This document shows, piece after piece, positions 33,757 to 37,311 of a DNA stretch of 37,311 nt. A program made the translations under genes and the position numbers. The notes beneath the pieces were generated by a model. That model saw nothing but the letters and a program-made list of their open reading frames with translations. It searched no databases and was not told the DNA's origin. Numbering within the stretch: the stretch's first letter is position 1; each line of letters starts with the position of its first letter. This DNA comes from Pseudomonadota bacterium (GTDB lineage Bacteria > Bdellovibrionota > FAC87 > UBA2466). The stretch is taken from positions 1-37,311 of the forward strand of contig JAYUGC010000048.1 of the NCBI GenBank assembly GCA_043767805.1, given 5' to 3'.

Positions 33757-34206
33757 TCAGAAGTAAACGATCGTCACGCCCGGGTTCGCATCATCGAGCT
33801 TAAAATGGCTCGCAATGCCATGCTTGCGCAAATAAGCGTGGACCGCTTGTCGGATTTTACCCGTCCCTAGCCCATGCACGATACGCAGCTGGTCTTTGTC
33901 ATCCAGGATCGCCCGGTTCAGGGCCTTTTCGACCCGCTCCATGGCCTCTTCCACCCTCATGCCATGCAAATCGATGGAATCCGGGGTCTGAGGCGCCCGG
34001 TTTACCTTGCCGGTCGAACGAGGGTTGGGAGCGAGCCGCTCCTTACGTTTCGACTCAGGTTTTCCCGCGACTAAATCGGCTTCGGTGCAGTAAAAGACCA
34101 AACTTCCCACTTCGACGTTATATTGGCCGTCCTTCGAGATCGCCTTCACTCTTCCCGCTCGCTTGAGCTTTCGGATGACGACGCTGTCGCCGACCTGAAA
34201 GGGCAT
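33757..34206 (-). CDS. Stand-alone KOW plus Smr domain protein (MutS2 C-terminus-like)
   Basis: FQVGDSVVI…GRV…VEVGSL (KOW), IDLHGMRVEEA…IVHGLGTG…GVTIV (Smr); TGATG coupling to the thiolase. Confidence 0.88.
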   Translation of the reverse strand: MPFQVGDSVVIRKLKRAGRVKAISKDGQYNVEVGSLVFYCTEADLVAGKPESKRKERLAPNPRSTGKVNRAPQTPDSIDLHGMRVEEAMERVEKALNRAILDDKDQLRIVHGLGTGKIRQAVHAYLRKHGIASHFKLDDANPGVTIVYF

Positions 34207-35477
34207 CAGCGCTCCAGGACCGCGGTCACGCCCATGCCGCCCGCGGTGCAGACGGAGATGAGACCACGGCCCTTGCCCTTTTCTTTGAGCAGGCGCGCGA
34301 GTGTCGGCACGATACGCGCTCCGGTCGCGGCAAAAGGATGCCCGAGAGCGACGCTTCCGCCGACGACATTGAGCTTCGAGCGGTCGATGGAGCCTAACGC
34401 TTTCTCCAGACCCAGCTCCTCTTTGCAGAACTTATCGGACTCCCAAGCCTTCAAGGTACAAAGCACCTGAGCGGCGAACGCTTCGTGAATTTCGTAGAAG
34501 TCGAAATCCTGAAGGGAAAGGCCGAGCCGCTTCAACATGCGCGCCACCGCGAAAGCAGGCGCCATGAGAAGGCCCTCGCCACCCGGAAAGTCCACCGCGG
34601 CGACCTCACCCGTCACGAGGTACGCTTCGACGGGAAGCCCGCGCTCTTTCGCCCACGCTTCCGAGGAAAGCAGCGTACACGCGGCGCCGTCGGTAAGCGG
34701 CGTGCTATTGCCAGCGGTGAGTGTCCCCTTCCCCGAGAAATCAAAAGCAGGTTTCAGCTTCGCGAGCTTTTCCAAGCTGGTATCGGCGCGAAGGTTGTTA
34801 TCCCTCGACACTCCGAAGGCGGGGACGATGAGATCTTTGTAAAAACCGCGCTCATAGGCGGCAGCGCCCCGCTTGTGACTATCGAAAGCAAGCTTGTCCT
34901 GGTCTTCGCGGGAAATCTGCCAATGCTGCGCCATCCGCTCGCAATGCTGGCCCATGCTGAGCTTCGTGCGCGGCTCGATGATGCCGGGAAGGACCCAGGA
35001 AACATCGGAAGGACGAAAGCCGGAGACTACCTTGAGCCGCTCGCCAAAGGTCTTGGCTCTTTGGAGCTGCACGACCATGCGCGCGAACTTCTGCTGGTAC
35101 ACGATCGGGGGATCGCTGTTGGTGTCCGTCCCGCCGCCGATACCGGACTCGATTTGGCCGAGGGCGATCTTATTGCCGATGAGAATGGCGGATTCCAAAC
35201 CCGTGCCGCAAGCCCGCTGAATGTTGAACCCTGGCGTTTCGAAAGCGAGGCCCGCTTCCATTACGGTCTCGCGCGCCAAATTGAACTCGGAGGATTGGTT
35301 CAGCACCGCGCCGAGCGAGACGTCTCCCAGCCGCTGGCCCTTCAAACCGAATTTATCGACGAGGCCTTTCAAAGCCGTAGTCATCAGCTCATAGTTACCG
35401 ACGTCCTTATATCCGGTGCCCGAACGGCAAAAGGGGATACGGCTCCCTCCGAGGATGGCGACTTTGCGGGCTTCCAT
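34206..35477 (-). CDS. Acetyl-CoA C-acyltransferase (FadI-like thiolase)
   Basis: RIPFCRS, QRACGTG, TAGNSTPLTDGA, HEAFAAQ, GGSVALGHPFAATG, CTAGGMG. Confidence 0.93.
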   Translation of the reverse strand: MEARKVAILGGSRIPFCRSGTGYKDVGNYELMTTALKGLVDKFGLKGQRLGDVSLGAVLNQSSEFNLARETVMEAGLAFETPGFNIQRACGTGLESAILIGNKIALGQIESGIGGGTDTNSDPPIVYQQKFARMVVQLQRAKTFGERLKVVSGFRPSDVSWVLPGIIEPRTKLSMGQHCERMAQHWQISREDQDKLAFDSHKRGAAAYERGFYKDLIVPAFGVSRDNNLRADTSLEKLAKLKPAFDFSGKGTLTAGNSTPLTDGAACTLLSSEAWAKERGLPVEAYLVTGEVAAVDFPGGEGLLMAPAFAVARMLKRLGLSLQDFDFYEIHEAFAAQVLCTLKAWESDKFCKEELGLEKALGSIDRSKLNVVGGSVALGHPFAATGARIVPTLARLLKEKGKGRGLISVCTAGGMGVTAVLER

Positions 35478-35480
35478 GAG

Positions 35481-36458
35481 CTACTTCTCCGGATAAAGAT
35501 GACAACTGATCAAATGCTCGCTTCCCGGTGGGCCTACGTCCACCGTTTTCGGCACTTCTTGAGAACAGCGCGGCTCGGCCACGGGACAACGGGTGTGAAA
35601 GGGGCAACCGGGAGGCAAATTCATGGCGGAGGGCACGTCTCCGCCAAGGATGACGCGCTCTTTCTTCTGCCCTGGCTCGCGAGCGGGGATCGCAGAAAGC
35701 AGCGCCTTCGTATAGGGGTGCTTGGGATCTCGGTAAATAGCTTCGGAGCTGGCTTTCTCGACGAGCTTTCCCAGGTACATCACGCCCACGTCATGGCTTA
35801 CATGCTGAACGACGGCGAGATCGTGGGAGATGAACAGAAAGGCGAGGCCAAGCTTGTTTTGCAAATCGGTGATGAGATTAAGTACCTGGCTTTGCACCGA
35901 GACGTCGAGCGCCGAGACCGGCTCGTCCGCGACAATGAACTTTGGATTCACGGTCAAAGCGCGCGCGATGCCGACGCGCTGGCGCTGCCCGCCCGAAAAC
36001 TCGTGCGGATAGCGGTTCAAGATGGAGCGCCTGAGTCCCACGAGCTCGAGGAGTCCCTCGACGCGCTTCAGCTGCTCGTCCGGGCTTCCGATGCCGTGAA
36101 TCTCCATCGGCTCGAGAAGCGTTTCCAAAATCGTCATGCGCGGATTGAGCGAAGCGTAAGGATCCTGGAAAATCATCTGCAAGTCGCGGCGGCGCGCTTT
36201 CATCGCGTCATTAGGAAGCGCGGTAATGTCCTCGCCGTTAAAAAGCACCTGCCCCGCGGTGGGCTCGATGAGCCGAAGCACGAGACGGCCCAGCGTCGAC
36301 TTGCCGCAACCCGATTCGCCCACGAGCCCGAACGTTTTTCCGGACTCGATGGAAAAGGTAACGCCATCCACGGCGCGCACGACGACCTTCGGCCCCGCCA
36401 AGAAGCCGCCCTTGACCGCGAAGTGTTTCGAGAGATCTTTGACTTCGAGAAGAGCCAC
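35481..36458 (-). CDS. oppF: Oligo/dipeptide ABC transporter ATPase, OppF/DppF type
   Basis: GESGCGKST, QMIFQDPYASLNPR, YPHEFSGGQRQR, DEPVSALD, C-terminal GCPFHTRCP…C…C. Confidence 0.9.
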   Translation of the reverse strand: MALLEVKDLSKHFAVKGGFLAGPKVVVRAVDGVTFSIESGKTFGLVGESGCGKSTLGRLVLRLIEPTAGQVLFNGEDITALPNDAMKARRRDLQMIFQDPYASLNPRMTILETLLEPMEIHGIGSPDEQLKRVEGLLELVGLRRSILNRYPHEFSGGQRQRVGIARALTVNPKFIVADEPVSALDVSVQSQVLNLITDLQNKLGLAFLFISHDLAVVQHVSHDVGVMYLGKLVEKASSEAIYRDPKHPYTKALLSAIPAREPGQKKERVILGGDVPSAMNLPPGCPFHTRCPVAEPRCSQEVPKTVDVGPPGSEHLISCHLYPEK

Positions 36459-37311
36459 TAGCGCCCTCCTTCGTTAGGATAAAAGCACGCCACCGCGCGA
36501 TCGCCCTGCCACTCGAGAGGAGGCACGCTTTCGCGGCACCGAGGCTGAACGCGCGGACAACGATCGGCGAAAGCGCAGCCTTGCGGCAAATGAAGCAAGT
36601 CGGGAACCATGCCCTCGATGGTCGGAAGGACGGCGAGCTTCTTTTCACGAATGCGAGGAATCGACTCGAAAAGCCCCTTCGTGTACCAGTGCCGAGGCGT
36701 ATGGAAAAGCGGGGCGACGGGCGCCAACTCCACGATGCGCCCGCAGTACATCACGATGACGCGCTTGCAGGTCTCAGCGATGACGCCGATATCGTGGGTC
36801 ACGAGAATCAAAGACATCTGAAACTGCTCTTGTAGCAAACGAATCTGCTCGAGCACCTGAGCCTGGGTGGTGACGTCCAAGGCCGTGGTCGGCTCGTCGG
36901 CGATGAGAAGCTTCGGCCCGCAGGAAAGCGCCATCGCGATCATGACTCTCTGGCGCATGCCGCCGGAGAGCTGATGCGGGTAATCGTCGAACCGCTTGTT
37001 GGCGGACGGAATGCGCACCATCTTCAAAAGATCGAGCGACATGGCCCGGGCTTCTTTTTTGGAAACCTTTTTGTGCCGACGCACGACTTCCGTCATTTGG
37101 GAACCGACGGTGAAAACGGGATTGAGCGCGGTCATGGGCTCCTGGAAGATCATGGCGATCTCCTTGCCGCGCACCTGACGCATTTCCGGTTCGGAGAGCG
37201 GCACCAAGTTCCGGCCACGCATTAAAATCTCGCCGCCCACGATTTTTCCGGGCGGAGAAGGAATGAGCCTCAGAATGGAAAGCGCGGTCACCGTCTTGCC
37301 GCAGCCCGATT
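36458..37311 (-). CDS. oppD: Oligo/dipeptide ABC transporter ATPase, OppD/DppD type (5' end outside the window)
   Basis: Frame is open to the edge (…[13 protein letters not shown]), [39 protein letters not shown]. Confidence 0.9.
   Translation of the reverse strand, partial: SGCGKTVTALSILRLIPSPPGKIVGGEILMRGRNLVPLSEPEMRQVRGKEIAMIFQEPMTALNPVFTVGSQMTEVVRRHKKVSKKEARAMSLDLLKMVRIPSANKRFDDYPHQLSGGMRQRVMIAMALSCGPKLLIADEPTTALDVTTQAQVLEQIRLLQEQFQMSLILVTHDIGVIAETCKRVIVMYCGRIVELAPVAPLFHTPRHWYTKGLFESIPRIREKKLAVLPTIEGMVPDLLHLPQGCAFADRCPRVQPRCRESVPPLEWQGDRAVACFYPNEGGR

Noticed and set aside
34485..36461. 658-aa plus-strand ORF
   Set aside because: Antisense shadow of oppF and the thiolase, which carry clear motifs; such shadows are common at high GC.

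Overview
Gene-dense bacterial chromosomal window, GC about 60% by eye. The gene content fits a diderm, possibly Bdellovibrionota or deltaproteobacteria-like (inference only). Recognisable genes: a ydbH-ynbE-ydbL lipid-bridge operon, a GAF/HD-GYP phosphodiesterase, an Atm1-type ABC exporter, MarC, rapA, DUF885, an SDR, a tolC-macA-macB-like operon, a Spy/CpxP-ECF sigma-anti-sigma operon, a DAACS symporter, an alpha/beta hydrolase, a DUF5939-type cyclase-like protein, e(P4) phosphatase, a membrane PilZ protein, an MFS transporter, dCMP deaminase, DUF3431, and an oppD-oppF-thiolase-KOW/Smr-PDZ operon cut by the window edge. No rRNA, tRNA, CRISPR array, integrase or transposase was seen. Main unexplained signals: (i) two back-to-back ECF41-consensus promoters driving the efflux operon and a small secreted protein; (ii) a ~220-nt structured RNA candidate with a terminator; (iii) a lower-GC pair of modular Cys-rich secreted proteins; (iv) a REP-like repeat family; (v) a deletion scar joining the 3' remnants of divergent NmrA and LysR genes; (vi) a degenerate class III cyclase; (vii) a Tyr-rich secreted peptide. 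All calls come from motif recognition by eye; no searches were run.
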